This document shows positions 34,564-44,857 of a DNA stretch of 64,000 nt, piece after piece; position 1 is the stretch's first letter; every line of letters begins with the position of its first letter. The translations under genes were made by a program, and so were the position numbers. The DNA comes from an uncultured Lachnospiraceae bacterium (lineage in GTDB: Bacteria > Bacillota > Clostridia > Lachnospirales > Lachnospiraceae), in contig CAMNRH010000009.1 in assembly GCA_946552115.1 (NCBI GenBank), forward strand, positions 18,626 to 82,625, written 5' to 3'. The notes below the pieces were generated by a model, which saw only the letters and a list, made by a program, of their open reading frames with translations, was not told the origin of the DNA and did not search any database.

Positions 34564-36000
34564 TTATTGTAATATTTCCCTTAACTTTTTATTCACCATG
34601 CCAGGATTTGCTTTTCCTTTCATGGCTTTCATCGTCTGTCCGACTAAGGCGCCGAGCGCTTTCTCTTTGCCTCCTCTATAGTCTACTACAGCCTGTGGAT
34701 TTTCGGCAATAACTTTTTCAAGTACTTTCAGAAGTTCTTTTTCGTCGTTTACTGTTTTCAGTCCGTGCTTCTCTGTATATTCCACCGGATTCACGTTATC
34801 GGTAAATATTTTTTCAAACACTTCTTTTGCCACAGAGCTGTTAATCGTACCGTTTTCCGCAAGCTCTATAAGCCCCGCAAGGTTTTCCGGTGAAAAAGCA
34901 AGCTCCTCCGGCTCCATATTCTTTTCTTTCAAAAGCCGCATCGTCTCTACCATAAGCCAATTGGAAACTTTTTTTGGTTTTCCGCACAGGGCGGACGCTC
35001 TCTCGAATAACTCTGCCATATGCCTGGACGCCGTAATAATCTCGGCGTCATACTGCGGAATATCAAATTCCTTTTTATAACGCTTAAGCTTTTCATCCCG
35101 CAGCTCCGGCTGATTTCTTTTCACTCTCTCTATCCATTCGTCACTGATGATAATCGGTACAAGATCCGGATCCGGAAAATACCGGTAATCCTGCGCATCT
35201 TCCTTAGAACGCATAGCGTAGGATGCCTCCTTATTATCGTCCCAGCGCCTCGTCTCCTGTATCACTTTCTTTCCTTCCGATAGTAATTCAATCTGCCGGT
35301 TCCGTTCTCCCTCGATGGCTCTCGCAATTGCCTTAAAGGAATTCAGATTTTTCATTTCGGTTCTCGTTCCGAATTCCTTTGCACCGGTTTCTCTTACGGA
35401 CAGATTCACATCCGCTCTCATAGAGCCTTCCTGAAGCTTACAGTCCGATGCCCCAAGATACTGGATAATCATTCTGAGCTTTTCCAGATACGCAATCACC
35501 TCATCCGCCGAGCGCATATCAGGCTCAGATACGATTTCCACAAGGGGCACGCCGCTTCGATTATAATCTACAAGAGAGGTATCATCCCATTCGTCATGGA
35601 CAAGCTTTCCCGCATCCTCCTCCATATGCATCTCATGGATGCGGACTCTCTTCCTCGTGCCGCCTGTGCCGATTTCCACATAACCGTTTCTTGCAATCGG
35701 CAGATAAAGCTGGGAAATCTGATAGTTCTGCGGGTTATCCGGATAGAAATAGTTCTTTCTGTCAAATTTACAAACCCTTGTAATCTCACAGTTTGCCGCA
35801 AGTCCGATTGCCATCGCATATTCGACAACCTGCCTGTTTAATACCGGAAGAGAACCCGGCATTCCGGTACATACCGGACAGGTATGCGTATTCGGCGCGC
35901 CGCCGAACTGCGTACTGCAGGAACAGAAGATTTTTGTCTTTGTCGCAAGCTCTACATGAACCTCCAGCCCGATTACTGTCTCATACTGCTTTGCCATCAC
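34564..36000 (-). CDS. gatB: Asp-tRNA(Asn)/Glu-tRNA(Gln) amidotransferase subunit B
   Basis: 478 aa. YETVIGLEVHVEL...CPVCTGMPG is typical of GatB. Confidence 0.95.
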   Translation of the reverse strand: MMAKQYETVIGLEVHVELATKTKIFCSCSTQFGGAPNTHTCPVCTGMPGSLPVLNRQVVEYAMAIGLAANCEITRVCKFDRKNYFYPDNPQNYQISQLYLPIARNGYVEIGTGGTRKRVRIHEMHMEEDAGKLVHDEWDDTSLVDYNRSGVPLVEIVSEPDMRSADEVIAYLEKLRMIIQYLGASDCKLQEGSMRADVNLSVRETGAKEFGTRTEMKNLNSFKAIARAIEGERNRQIELLSEGKKVIQETRRWDDNKEASYAMRSKEDAQDYRYFPDPDLVPIIISDEWIERVKRNQPELRDEKLKRYKKEFDIPQYDAEIITASRHMAELFERASALCGKPKKVSNWLMVETMRLLKEKNMEPEELAFSPENLAGLIELAENGTINSSVAKEVFEKIFTDNVNPVEYTEKHGLKTVNDEKELLKVLEKVIAENPQAVVDYRGGKEKALGALVGQTMKAMKGKANPGMVNKKLREILQ

Positions 36001-37484
36001 CGTTCTCTCCTTTCTTTCCTCGTTTCTTTCACAAGCCTTGGCCTTTCATAAGCTTTCGTCTGCTCATAAGCATAAGCCGCACGAAACAGCTTTGCCTCGT
36101 CAAAGCAGCTTGCAATAATCTGCATTCCTACCGGAAGCCCTTTTGAATCCGTCCCTACCGGAATGCTGATTCCCGGAAGTCCGGCCAGATTGACGGAAAT
36201 TGTATAAATATCTCCCAGATACATTTTCAGCGGGTCATTTAAGCTTGCCCCAAGCTCCGGCGCCGTTGTGGGCGCCGCAGGCGCCAGAATCACATCATAT
36301 TTTTCAAATGCTTTATCAAACGCCTGCTTAATCAGCGCCTTTGTCCTAAGCGCTTTTAAATAATACGCGTCATAGTAGCCGGAGCTTAAGACGAAAGAGC
36401 CGAGCATAATTCTGCGTTTCACCTCCGCACCGAAGCCCTCGCTCCTGCTCTTTTTATACATCTGATGAAGTCCTTCATACTCCGATGTGCGGTAGCCGTA
36501 TTTCACTCCGTCGAACCGCGACAGATTAGAGCTTGCCTCCGCAGAAGCAATAACATAATATGCGGGAATCGCATATTGAACAAGACTTAAATCAAATTCC
36601 TCCACTGCCGCGCCCTTTTCCTTAAGCACTGCCGCTGCCCGGAGAATATGCTCTTTCACCTCTTTATCCAGCCCTTCGATAAAATAGTCCTGCGGAATTC
36701 CGATTTTCATTCCCTTTACATCGTCCACAAGCGCCCCTCTAAAATCATAGTTTTCTCTTGGCATAGAGGTACTGTCTTTCCTGTCACAGGCCGCCAGCGT
36801 TTCCAAAATCACCGCGCAATCCGTTACATCCTTCGCAATCGGCCCAATCTGGTCCAGTGAGGAACCGTATGCAATCAGACCGTAGCGTGATACGGTTCCG
36901 TAGGTCGGCTTTATTCCCACCACACCGCAAAAGGAGCTTGGCTGGCGGATGGAGCCGCCGGTATCTGAACCCAGCGCATACGGACATTCCTCCGCCGCCA
37001 CCGCCGCACAGGAGCCGCCGGAGGAGCCGCCCGGAACATGCTCCAAATCCCACGGATTTCTTGTAACTCCAAAATAAGAGGTTTCCGTCGTGCTTCCCAT
37101 GGCGAATTCATCCATATTTGTCTTTCCGATGACTACGGCGCCCGCGTTTTCAAGCCTTTTTACCGCCTCCGCAGTAAAAGTCGGTTTGAAATTCTCCAAT
37201 ATTCTGGAGCTGCATGTCGTAAGCATTCCTTTCGTACATAAATTATCCTTAATGGCCGCCGGAACACCGGCAAGGGGGCCGGCAAGCGTCCCGTCGTCAA
37301 TCTTTTTCTGTACAGTCTCCGCCCTTTTTACAGCGCCCTCCCTGTCAACGGTTACAAAGCCGTGTACCAAAGCCTCCACCTGATCAATCTGCGCAAGATA
37401 CGCTTTTACCGCATCCACTGCAGACAATTCTCTTTTTTGAATCCTTTTCCCTAATTCTACTGCCGTCATGCCTGTTATATCCAT
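35997..37484 (-). CDS. gatA: Asp-tRNA(Asn)/Glu-tRNA(Gln) amidotransferase subunit A
   Basis: 495 aa with the amidase signature GGSSGGSCAAVAA..GSDTGGSIRQP. Confidence 0.95.
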   Translation of the reverse strand: MDITGMTAVELGKRIQKRELSAVDAVKAYLAQIDQVEALVHGFVTVDREGAVKRAETVQKKIDDGTLAGPLAGVPAAIKDNLCTKGMLTTCSSRILENFKPTFTAEAVKRLENAGAVVIGKTNMDEFAMGSTTETSYFGVTRNPWDLEHVPGGSSGGSCAAVAAEECPYALGSDTGGSIRQPSSFCGVVGIKPTYGTVSRYGLIAYGSSLDQIGPIAKDVTDCAVILETLAACDRKDSTSMPRENYDFRGALVDDVKGMKIGIPQDYFIEGLDKEVKEHILRAAAVLKEKGAAVEEFDLSLVQYAIPAYYVIASAEASSNLSRFDGVKYGYRTSEYEGLHQMYKKSRSEGFGAEVKRRIMLGSFVLSSGYYDAYYLKALRTKALIKQAFDKAFEKYDVILAPAAPTTAPELGASLNDPLKMYLGDIYTISVNLAGLPGISIPVGTDSKGLPVGMQIIASCFDEAKLFRAAYAYEQTKAYERPRLVKETRKERRER

Positions 37485-37496
37485 TTTGACCGCCTC

Positions 37497-37790
37497 CTAT
37501 CCAATCGTCTTCGGCACCTTAAAGCTGTTATCCTTCTCAAGGGGCGCGTTCGCAAGAGTATCTCCGCTCCCGTCCCCATTCAGGACAATATCGTCCCGGA
37601 ACACATTGTGAACGGGAAATACATGGGACACAGGCTCGATACCGTCCGTATCCAATTCATTCAGTGTATCAATGTAATCAAGCATCTTCTCCATATCCGC
37701 CTTTGCATCCTTTTTTTCCTGTTCCGTCAGTTCAAGCTTTGCAAGAATGCTGACATACTCAATTACTTCATCTGATATTTTATTTGCCAT
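37497..37790 (-). CDS. gatC: Asp-tRNA(Asn)/Glu-tRNA(Gln) amidotransferase subunit C
   Basis: 97 aa. LAKLELTEQE...LDYIDTLNELDT is typical of GatC. Confidence 0.9.
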   Translation of the reverse strand: MANKISDEVIEYVSILAKLELTEQEKKDAKADMEKMLDYIDTLNELDTDGIEPVSHVFPVHNVFRDDIVLNGDGSGDTLANAPLEKDNSFKVPKTIG

Positions 37791-37811
37791 ACTTTCACTC
37801 CTTCTCTGCCG

Positions 37812-38816
37812 CTAATACAAATAGTAGCTTAAATATTCCGTATTTTCTATCTGCGCGCTCGGCGTCAGTACAAGCTCCAAATCCTCCGCGTCTTCAAACA
37901 CAAGCTCCGCATTCTCCGGCAAAACCAAATACCTGTATCCGTCCTGGTCATTCTCCGCAAAATGAAGATTTCTGAGCTCATAGTCCTCTCCGCCGTCTTC
38001 ATATATAATCAGCTTTAAAAAGCCCGTTCCTCTCACTCTTTCCAAATCATAAACACCCTCTTTAAAATCCTCCCCCGCAGTACTTGTTTTATCAAGACGC
38101 ACCTCCTCTGTCAGAGGATTTTCTATTCCGTACATATCGGAAAGCTGCGCGTTTTCTGTCGAGAGCCTGACCGGATTCTCCGCGTCAATTATGACATGGG
38201 CGCCCGGGTAAAGCCTCAAATCGTCCATATAGCTATGTTCCCCCTTGCCGTCATATTCATACAGATAAATATGATTCTCATAATCCTCCACGCGCACCGT
38301 GTCAAACTCATCCTCCGTATCCGCCGTATAATCTCCCGCCGGAATATGAACTCCAACAACATATTCTCCAGGCTCCAGCGTATATTCTGCCGCTTCGCCC
38401 TCCTCCGGAAGCTCTGTCTCCACATATTCGTACGGATCAACCGGCTCCGTCTTTTCATAATCAGAGCTGTCCTCCGATGTAAACAGCTTCTCAATCTGAT
38501 AAAACACATCTCCGAACAGATCTCCAAACAAATCTCCCGACGCGCTAAGTATTGAGAAAATAATGGAAGCGATTACCGCTACCGTTGCGATTTTCTTTTT
38601 TTCTTTCTTCGCTTTCCTCTCTTTTTCCTTTTTTCCCGTTCCGTTTTTCTTCCTCACGGTCTCATCTTCATGAACATGTGTCAAAGGCTTTTTGTCGCAG
38701 CCGCTTTGACTGACCCTGTAATTTTTATCTGACTTGCTGTTATCCAGGCCGCATTCTATACAAATACTCTCATGATCCAGCTTTCCCCCGCACAGTGAAC
38801 ATCTCTTTCCTAACAT
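37812..38816 (-). CDS. zinc-ribbon membrane protein of unknown function
   Basis: ATG at 38816 (AGGAGAGG RBS). CSLCGG..CIECG zinc ribbon, a Lys-rich linker, one TM helix (IATVAVIASIIFSIL), then an acidic domain. Confidence 0.6.
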   Translation of the reverse strand: MLGKRCSLCGGKLDHESICIECGLDNSKSDKNYRVSQSGCDKKPLTHVHEDETVRKKNGTGKKEKERKAKKEKKKIATVAVIASIIFSILSASGDLFGDLFGDVFYQIEKLFTSEDSSDYEKTEPVDPYEYVETELPEEGEAAEYTLEPGEYVVGVHIPAGDYTADTEDEFDTVRVEDYENHIYLYEYDGKGEHSYMDDLRLYPGAHVIIDAENPVRLSTENAQLSDMYGIENPLTEEVRLDKTSTAGEDFKEGVYDLERVRGTGFLKLIIYEDGGEDYELRNLHFAENDQDGYRYLVLPENAELVFEDAEDLELVLTPSAQIENTEYLSYYLY

Positions 38817-38889
38817 ATCCAAACCTCTCCTGTATTTTATATTTTCTGCCGGCATCCCTGTCTCAGGCACAATGCCCTTTTCAGGGCGG

Positions 38890-40224
38890 CTACGGCTCCA
38901 GTCTGCTTAAATCCCTTGGAAACAGCGTCGTCTCCCTCACATTGTCCTCCCCGACCAGCTTCATTGTAAGACGCTCCAGTCCGATTCCAAGTCCTCCGTG
39001 AGGCGGCATACCATGCTTAAACGTCGTCAGATACTGCTCCATCCCGTCTGCCTCCATTCCTCTCGCCGCAATCTTATCCGTCAGCATCTGATAGTCGTGA
39101 ATACGCTGTCCGCCCGTCGTTATCTCCATTCCCCGGAACAAAAGGTCAAAGCTTAAGGTATACCTTGTATCCTCCGGGTCGTCCATTGCATAAAAGGGCC
39201 GCTTCTTAGACGGATAATGCGTGACAAAAACAAAATCGCTGTCCCACTCTTCTTTCGCGTAACGGCTGATGAGCTGCTCCTCCTCCGGCTCCAAATCAAA
39301 TGGATTTTTCATCTGATGTCCGTATCTCTCAGATACTTTTTCCTTAATCCCGCTGAAACGCACCGCCGGAATCTTATCCGTCTCAGGAAGCGTAATATCA
39401 AGAATCTGAAGCTCTTTTCCATATTCTCTTTCCAAAAGCCTCATCGCATACTGGAGATACCCTGTCTCCATCGCCATGACATCCTCAAAGCCGTCGATAT
39501 ATCCCATCTCAAAGTCAAGGCTCGTATATTCATTCAGATGACGCTTTGTATTATGTTTTTCCGCACGGAACACCGGCGCCGTCTCAAACACTCTGTCAAA
39601 TACGCCCACCATCATCTGCTTATAAAACTGCGGGCTCTGGGCAAGCACTGCCGGGCGGTGAAAATACTCAAGCTTAAAAATATTTGCTCCGCCCTCCGCT
39701 CCCTTTGCGCCGATTTTCGGCGTATGGATTTCCGTGAATCCCTGACTGTAGAGAAAATCACGGAAAGCCCGGGTAAGTCCCTCCTGTATTCTGAACTTAG
39801 CCCGCTCCCTGATATTGCGCAATGAAATGGAACGGTAATTAAGCTTTGCCTCCAGAGACGTACCAAGCTTCCACCTGGCAATCGGCAAGGGCATCATCTC
39901 CCCCTTCGGCATACTGAAAATAACCACCTTCTCCATTCGAATCTCAATCTTATTCGGCGCTTTCTCATTCTCCATGAGAATCCCTTCCACCTCTATCGCC
40001 GCGGCCTCCTTAATATCTTTCAAACGAAAATCCGCGTTTCCCCTTTCATATACACACTGAAGCAGCCCTTCCCGTTTGCGGAGAATGACAAACGCCACTG
40101 TACCCATATCCCGAATGGTATGGACGGCGCCGTTCACTTTCACTCTCTCACCGGCCTTTGCTTCCCTGATTAGATCGCTGATTTCCCGTGTTTCTTTTTT
40201 CTTTACGCCTGTTAAAAAATCCAT
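38890..40224 (-). CDS. aspS: aspartate--tRNA ligase, archaeal/type-2 form (probably non-discriminating, AspRS2)
   Basis: 444 aa class IIb aaRS: FRAE motif 2 region and GGLGIGLERL motif 3. It lies in an operon with gatCAB. Confidence 0.8.
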   Translation of the reverse strand: MDFLTGVKKKETREISDLIREAKAGERVKVNGAVHTIRDMGTVAFVILRKREGLLQCVYERGNADFRLKDIKEAAAIEVEGILMENEKAPNKIEIRMEKVVIFSMPKGEMMPLPIARWKLGTSLEAKLNYRSISLRNIRERAKFRIQEGLTRAFRDFLYSQGFTEIHTPKIGAKGAEGGANIFKLEYFHRPAVLAQSPQFYKQMMVGVFDRVFETAPVFRAEKHNTKRHLNEYTSLDFEMGYIDGFEDVMAMETGYLQYAMRLLEREYGKELQILDITLPETDKIPAVRFSGIKEKVSERYGHQMKNPFDLEPEEEQLISRYAKEEWDSDFVFVTHYPSKKRPFYAMDDPEDTRYTLSFDLLFRGMEITTGGQRIHDYQMLTDKIAARGMEADGMEQYLTTFKHGMPPHGGLGIGLERLTMKLVGEDNVRETTLFPRDLSRLEP

Positions 40225-40243
40225 ATCTGCTGCCTCCTTTTAT

Positions 40244-40515
40244 AAAAAAACGTCCCGGAATACATCTGTATTCCGGGACGGATATCTCTTTTCATCATCC
40301 GCGGTACCACCCGCATTGAACTCGCCTTTGAATTCATCTCTTGCACTTAACGCGTGCTCACGCATCAGCCTACTTACATTCATATGGTTCGACTGATAAG
40401 CTCCGGAGTGTTCCCTGTTGTCCTTATTCCTTAAGGGGCGCTCTCAGTCGGTGACGCCTCATTCCTGTCAAGTTCCAAAGGACAGAGTCTCTTTCATTGC
40501 TTTATCATAACAAAT
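40244..40515 (-). promoter_or_regulatory. T-box riboswitch leader with intrinsic terminator
   Basis: The minus strand contains AATGCGGGTGGTACCGCGG (T-box, 40327-40309). It is followed by the terminator CCGTCCCGGAATAC-AGAT-GTATTCCGGGACG + TTTTTTT (40280-40244). An AGAGA/AGAGCG GA-motif region lies upstream. Confidence 0.85.
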
Positions 40516-40585
40516 TATTTTTTAATGTTAGCACATGCGCGGCAGAATTGCAAGCAGAAATTTATATTTGCCTTATATGATTGTT

Positions 40586-42148
40586 TTAAAGCATCTCCCT
40601 GCAAAGTATCTCCATCTTATCATGCACATACGGCATATCCCTCTCGTCCGTCATCGTCACAATCACATCCCCCGTAAAAAGCCTTGTCCGTCCTCTTGGA
40701 ATAAGCTCCTCCGAGCCTCTCTGAATCGCGACAAGCAGACAGTTTTCCGGCCATGCAACCTCACTGATTACCGTGCCCGCAAGCTTCGAACCCTCCTGAA
40801 CCGTAAAATTCGCAAGCACTTTCTGACCGTGGCTTTCCTCCGTTTTCTGTCCCTGCTTCTTCAAAAGTCTTTCCAGCAGGCTTTCATAAACAGGCTTTGA
40901 TCCCAGCAGCGTAGCGACAACATACGCTACAATCGAAACAATTCCCAGAGACAGCATCTGACTAAAGGAACCCGTCATTTCAAAGATCAATATGATACCC
41001 GTAAGCGGCGCCCGTACAATCGCAGAAAAATATCCCGCCATTGCAAGCACGACAAAATTATTAATGTAAATCATCTCCAGGCCGAAATACTGCACCCCGA
41101 TGGTCGCAAAGGCGCCGCCGATAAAGCCTCCCAATACAAGCAGCGGAAAAAAGATACCTCCCGGCGCCCCGGAGCCGAAGCTCACCGCCGAAAAGACAAA
41201 TCTGCCCGCAAGTATAAAAATAACCGTCCCGAGCATGACATCCTCAGCGGTCAGATACTCAAGCAGCGCATGCCCGCTTCCAAGAAGCTCCGGCGCTGTA
41301 AATCCAAGTACTCCGGCACAAAAAAAAGGAATCATAAGCTTTGTCGTCGTATTTAAAAATGACGCCTTATGATACAGCTCCTGTATCTTTAAGGTAAACC
41401 AGTTATAAAACGCGCCTAATATCCCAAGCACAGCTCCAAGTCCCACGATCATCCCATAATACTCCGGCGGAAGTACTCTTACAATATCAAATTGAAATAC
41501 CGATTCTGTCCCGATTACGGTTGACGAAATAAAATCCGCCGTAAGTGAGGCGGTCATCACCGATACAAGAACTGATACGGAAAAATTCTTATGTACCTCC
41601 TCCAACGAAAACATAACCCCCGCAAGAGGCGCATGAAACGCCGCCGAAAGTCCTGCGCTCGCCCCGCAGGTCAGCAAAAATTTTTCTTCTGTTTTCCCTC
41701 TGTCCAAACCATTGGACACGCTTTTTCCGACCATCGCTCCAAGCTGGATGGACGGACCCTCTCTTCCGAGAGCCAGACCTCCCAAAAGACATAAAAAGCC
41801 GCCGAAAAATTTTGCCGGCAGCACCCGCCACCATTTCTGCTCAAGCTTTCCTGTCATCTCACCCTCAAGCTGCGGAATCCCGCTTCCGGAAATCATCGGC
41901 TCAAAGTCTACCAGCTTTGATACAAGCCACGCAAAAAACATAAGAATAAGAAACCACCCTGCCATGCGGGCCGGGCTTTTTTCCGCATATGCCAGGATTT
42001 GATTCAGCCACTCGCCCGCACTGCCTAAAAGCATCCGATACAAAAGAACTACAAGCCCGGCGATTCCGCCTACAAGAAGCCCCTCCCCAATTAATATTAC
42101 CTGAAATCTCTCCGCACGTCTGATTGTGCCGGCTGTATCGCCTTTCAT
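40586..42148 (-). CDS. ClC family voltage-gated chloride channel/transporter with a C-terminal TrkA-C domain
   Basis: 520 aa. GSGIPQ, GREGP and GxFxP-like motifs (GGIFFPLL). Confidence 0.85.
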   Translation of the reverse strand: MKGDTAGTIRRAERFQVILIGEGLLVGGIAGLVVLLYRMLLGSAGEWLNQILAYAEKSPARMAGWFLILMFFAWLVSKLVDFEPMISGSGIPQLEGEMTGKLEQKWWRVLPAKFFGGFLCLLGGLALGREGPSIQLGAMVGKSVSNGLDRGKTEEKFLLTCGASAGLSAAFHAPLAGVMFSLEEVHKNFSVSVLVSVMTASLTADFISSTVIGTESVFQFDIVRVLPPEYYGMIVGLGAVLGILGAFYNWFTLKIQELYHKASFLNTTTKLMIPFFCAGVLGFTAPELLGSGHALLEYLTAEDVMLGTVIFILAGRFVFSAVSFGSGAPGGIFFPLLVLGGFIGGAFATIGVQYFGLEMIYINNFVVLAMAGYFSAIVRAPLTGIILIFEMTGSFSQMLSLGIVSIVAYVVATLLGSKPVYESLLERLLKKQGQKTEESHGQKVLANFTVQEGSKLAGTVISEVAWPENCLLVAIQRGSEELIPRGRTRLFTGDVIVTMTDERDMPYVHDKMEILCREML

Positions 42149-42168
42149 AGATTTCCCTCCTTTTATTA

Positions 42169-42204
42169 TGGGGACGGGGGAAAATTAATTTTCCCCCGCC
42201 CCCA
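42169..42204. repeat. GGGGACGGGG palindromic intergenic element, copy 4 (diverged)
   Basis: TGGGGACGGGGGAAAATTAATTTTCCCCCGCCCCCA, with one A-C mismatch in the stem. It sits between the TIGR00266-like gene and the ClC gene. Confidence 0.7.
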
Positions 42205-42209
42205 ATATT

Positions 42210-42890
42210 CTATGAAGATGTCGGTATGTAAGGCCTGATGACGCCCGCCACATTGCTGATAGGCATTGTCTGAAGCCACACATGGCCCGGCCCGGTAATC
42301 ACCGTATTAAAGATTCCCTCACCGCCGAACAGCATATTCTTCACTCCCGGAACACTCTTTATGTCCATACTGCAGGTTGCGCTCATCGCCGCAAGATGTC
42401 CCGTATCCACTACAATCTGCTGCCCCGGCTGGAGCTCATACTCGACTATATGACCGTCAAACTCTGCGAAAACAATACCCTGGCCGCTTATTTTCTGCAT
42501 GATAAAGCCTTCGCCGCCGAACAATCCGGAGCCCAGCTTTTTGCGGAAATGCATGGACAGCTGTAGGCCGACCTCCGACGCAAGAAAAGCGCTTTTCTGG
42601 AATATCATATCCTGTCCCGGTACAATCTGAAATGCGCGGATAGAGCCCGGAAAACTGGACGCAAACGCAATCATTCCCGGACCGCCCTGTGCGGTATAGA
42701 TATTTTGAAACATTTTTTCCCCGGAAAACGCCCTGCCGAACGCTTTCCCGATTCCTCCGCCGCTTGTTGTCTCCATCAGCATATTCGGCGACATCCAGGA
42801 CATAGCCCCGCCTTCCGTAATCATCTTTTCTCCGCCCTCAAGCTCGCAGATAACTACCGGAAGTGTTTCTCCCTGTATTTGATACTTCAT
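42210..42890 (-). CDS. TIGR00266/AIM24 (DUF124) family protein
   Basis: 226 aa. The N-terminus MKYQIQGETLPVVICELEGGEKMITEGGAMSWM is typical of this family. Confidence 0.7.
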   Translation of the reverse strand: MKYQIQGETLPVVICELEGGEKMITEGGAMSWMSPNMLMETTSGGGIGKAFGRAFSGEKMFQNIYTAQGGPGMIAFASSFPGSIRAFQIVPGQDMIFQKSAFLASEVGLQLSMHFRKKLGSGLFGGEGFIMQKISGQGIVFAEFDGHIVEYELQPGQQIVVDTGHLAAMSATCSMDIKSVPGVKNMLFGGEGIFNTVITGPGHVWLQTMPISNVAGVIRPYIPTSS

Positions 42891-42915
42891 TTCTCATACC
42901 TCCTCTACTTTTATC

Positions 42916-43713
42916 TTATATAGAATCCAGCTTTTCAAGCTGCTCCATATAAATATCAATACACTTTTTTTCTCCTGCCGTAACCGGCGTACCGGAAAAA
43001 TAATAGCTTACTCTCCCGTTATTTTTTTCTTTCAAAGCCTTTTTACTTTCCTTATATCCAAGCTTTCTTAAAAGCTGGCGGATGGTTCCCGCATTCCCGT
43101 CTACATATTTTATATTTCCAGGAAATATCCTTTTATAATAGGGCATAAAATAATTAAAATGCGTGCAGCCAAGCACAAACGCTTTATATTGATTAACCGC
43201 GTAGCCTTTCAATTCCTCCCGCAGATATTTTTCAATCTCCTCTGTCTCAAAATCGCCCTTTTCCGCAAACCGTACCAACCCCGGAAGCGCCACCAAATCT
43301 ACCTTATCTTCACGGTCCACCTGCTCTACCAGATGATGAAGCTTGTCTCCCGCAATTGTCACCGGAGTCGCCGCTACGAGAATTCTGCCCGGAAGACTGC
43401 CGTACAGCTCAACTGCCTGCTTCACTGCCGGCTCCATACCTATAATCGGTACCGGAAATCTGCTCCTGTATTCTTTCGTCGCAACGCTGGTCGCGGTATT
43501 GCAGGCAATTACAATCGCATCCACCTGTTTTTCCAGCATAAACCTGATAATCTCATCAATATATCCCCGAATCTGCTCTCCCGTCTTCTCTCCGTATGGT
43601 ACATGCTCCTCATCCGCATAGTAAATAAACTCAGCCTCTGGAAGCTCCCGAAGCGCCTGATGAAGAACAGATAAGCCACCCATTCCCGAATCAAATATTC
43701 CTACCCGCATCAA
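42916..43713 (-). CDS. murI: glutamate racemase
   Basis: GIFDSGMGGLSV, ACNTAT and GCTHF motifs. Confidence 0.9.
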   Translation of the reverse strand: MMRVGIFDSGMGGLSVLHQALRELPEAEFIYYADEEHVPYGEKTGEQIRGYIDEIIRFMLEKQVDAIVIACNTATSVATKEYRSRFPVPIIGMEPAVKQAVELYGSLPGRILVAATPVTIAGDKLHHLVEQVDREDKVDLVALPGLVRFAEKGDFETEEIEKYLREELKGYAVNQYKAFVLGCTHFNYFMPYYKRIFPGNIKYVDGNAGTIRQLLRKLGYKESKKALKEKNNGRVSYYFSGTPVTAGEKKCIDIYMEQLEKLDSI

Positions 43714-43819
43714 ACTGTTACTCCTGTGTAAATTCCGGCAATATCCGCCACAATCATATTACTATATGCGAAACCGGTACGTCAAACAAATCTTTATTAA
43801 CATCTGACGGCTAAACATT

Positions 43820-44830
43820 TCAGCGTTTTTTTATCTCATCAATTTGTTTCAGCTCTTCCCGCGTAAATTCTGTATTTTCTATTGCCGCGATATTTTCAAT
43901 AATCTGCCGCGGCCTTGAAGCCCCGATTAACACAGAGCAAACCCCGTCATCTTTTAATATCCATGAAAGCGCCATCTGCGCCAATGTCTGCCCCCGTTTT
44001 CCGGCAAGCTCATTTAAGCTTCGAATCTGCTCAAGCCTGCTTTCCGTCAAATCACTTTCATGGAGGAAACGGTTGTCTCTTGCAATCCGGCTGTCTGACG
44101 GAATGCCACGCAGATATTTATCTGTAAGCAGCCCCTGTGCCAGAGGACTGAATGCTATAATGCCTGTTCCCGCTTCTTTACAATATGCTTTTACTCCGTC
44201 CTCCTCTATGGTTCTGTCAAAAATGGAATATTTTCTCTGATTTACAATAAAGGGACAATGCAGCTCCTTTAACAGCGCTGCCGCTTTCTCCGTATATTCC
44301 CTGTCATAATTGGATACCCCCGCATAAAGCGCTTTTCCGCTCCTTACAATATCGGCAAGCGCGGTCATCGTCTCTTCTAACGGCGTCTCCCTGTCCATGC
44401 GGTGATGATAAAAAATATCTACATAGTCCAGCTTCATGCGCATCAGACTCTGGTCAATGCTTGCCATCAAATATTTTCTGCTTCCGCGGTCGCCATAAGG
44501 TCCGTCCCACATATCATATCCCGCTTTTGTCGCAATCACAAGCTCGTCCCTGTAAGGAATAAAATCCTCCCGCAGGATTCTCCCGAAATTCGTCTCCGCG
44601 CTTCCGTATACAGGGCCGTAATTATTTGCCAAATCAAACTGTGTAATCCCGTAATCAAACGCCGTCCGGCATAGCTCCTTCATATTGTCATAATTATCCT
44701 TCGAGCCGAAATTATGCCAAAGGCCCAAAGAAACTGCCGGAAATTTCAGGCCGCTTCGGCCAACCCGGTTATAAATCATTTTTTCATATCTGTTTTTGTC
44801 CGCTGTGTATATATTCGCAATATCCGCCAT
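43820..44830 (-). CDS. aldo/keto reductase (YghZ/L-glyceraldehyde-3-phosphate reductase-like)
   Basis: 336 aa. GLWHNFG...DLANNYG...DIFYHHR is typical of the AKR family. Confidence 0.8.
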   Translation of the reverse strand: MADIANIYTADKNRYEKMIYNRVGRSGLKFPAVSLGLWHNFGSKDNYDNMKELCRTAFDYGITQFDLANNYGPVYGSAETNFGRILREDFIPYRDELVIATKAGYDMWDGPYGDRGSRKYLMASIDQSLMRMKLDYVDIFYHHRMDRETPLEETMTALADIVRSGKALYAGVSNYDREYTEKAAALLKELHCPFIVNQRKYSIFDRTIEEDGVKAYCKEAGTGIIAFSPLAQGLLTDKYLRGIPSDSRIARDNRFLHESDLTESRLEQIRSLNELAGKRGQTLAQMALSWILKDDGVCSVLIGASRPRQIIENIAAIENTEFTREELKQIDEIKKR

Positions 44831-44857
44831 CTGAACCCGCTCCTCATTTTTTCTTCA

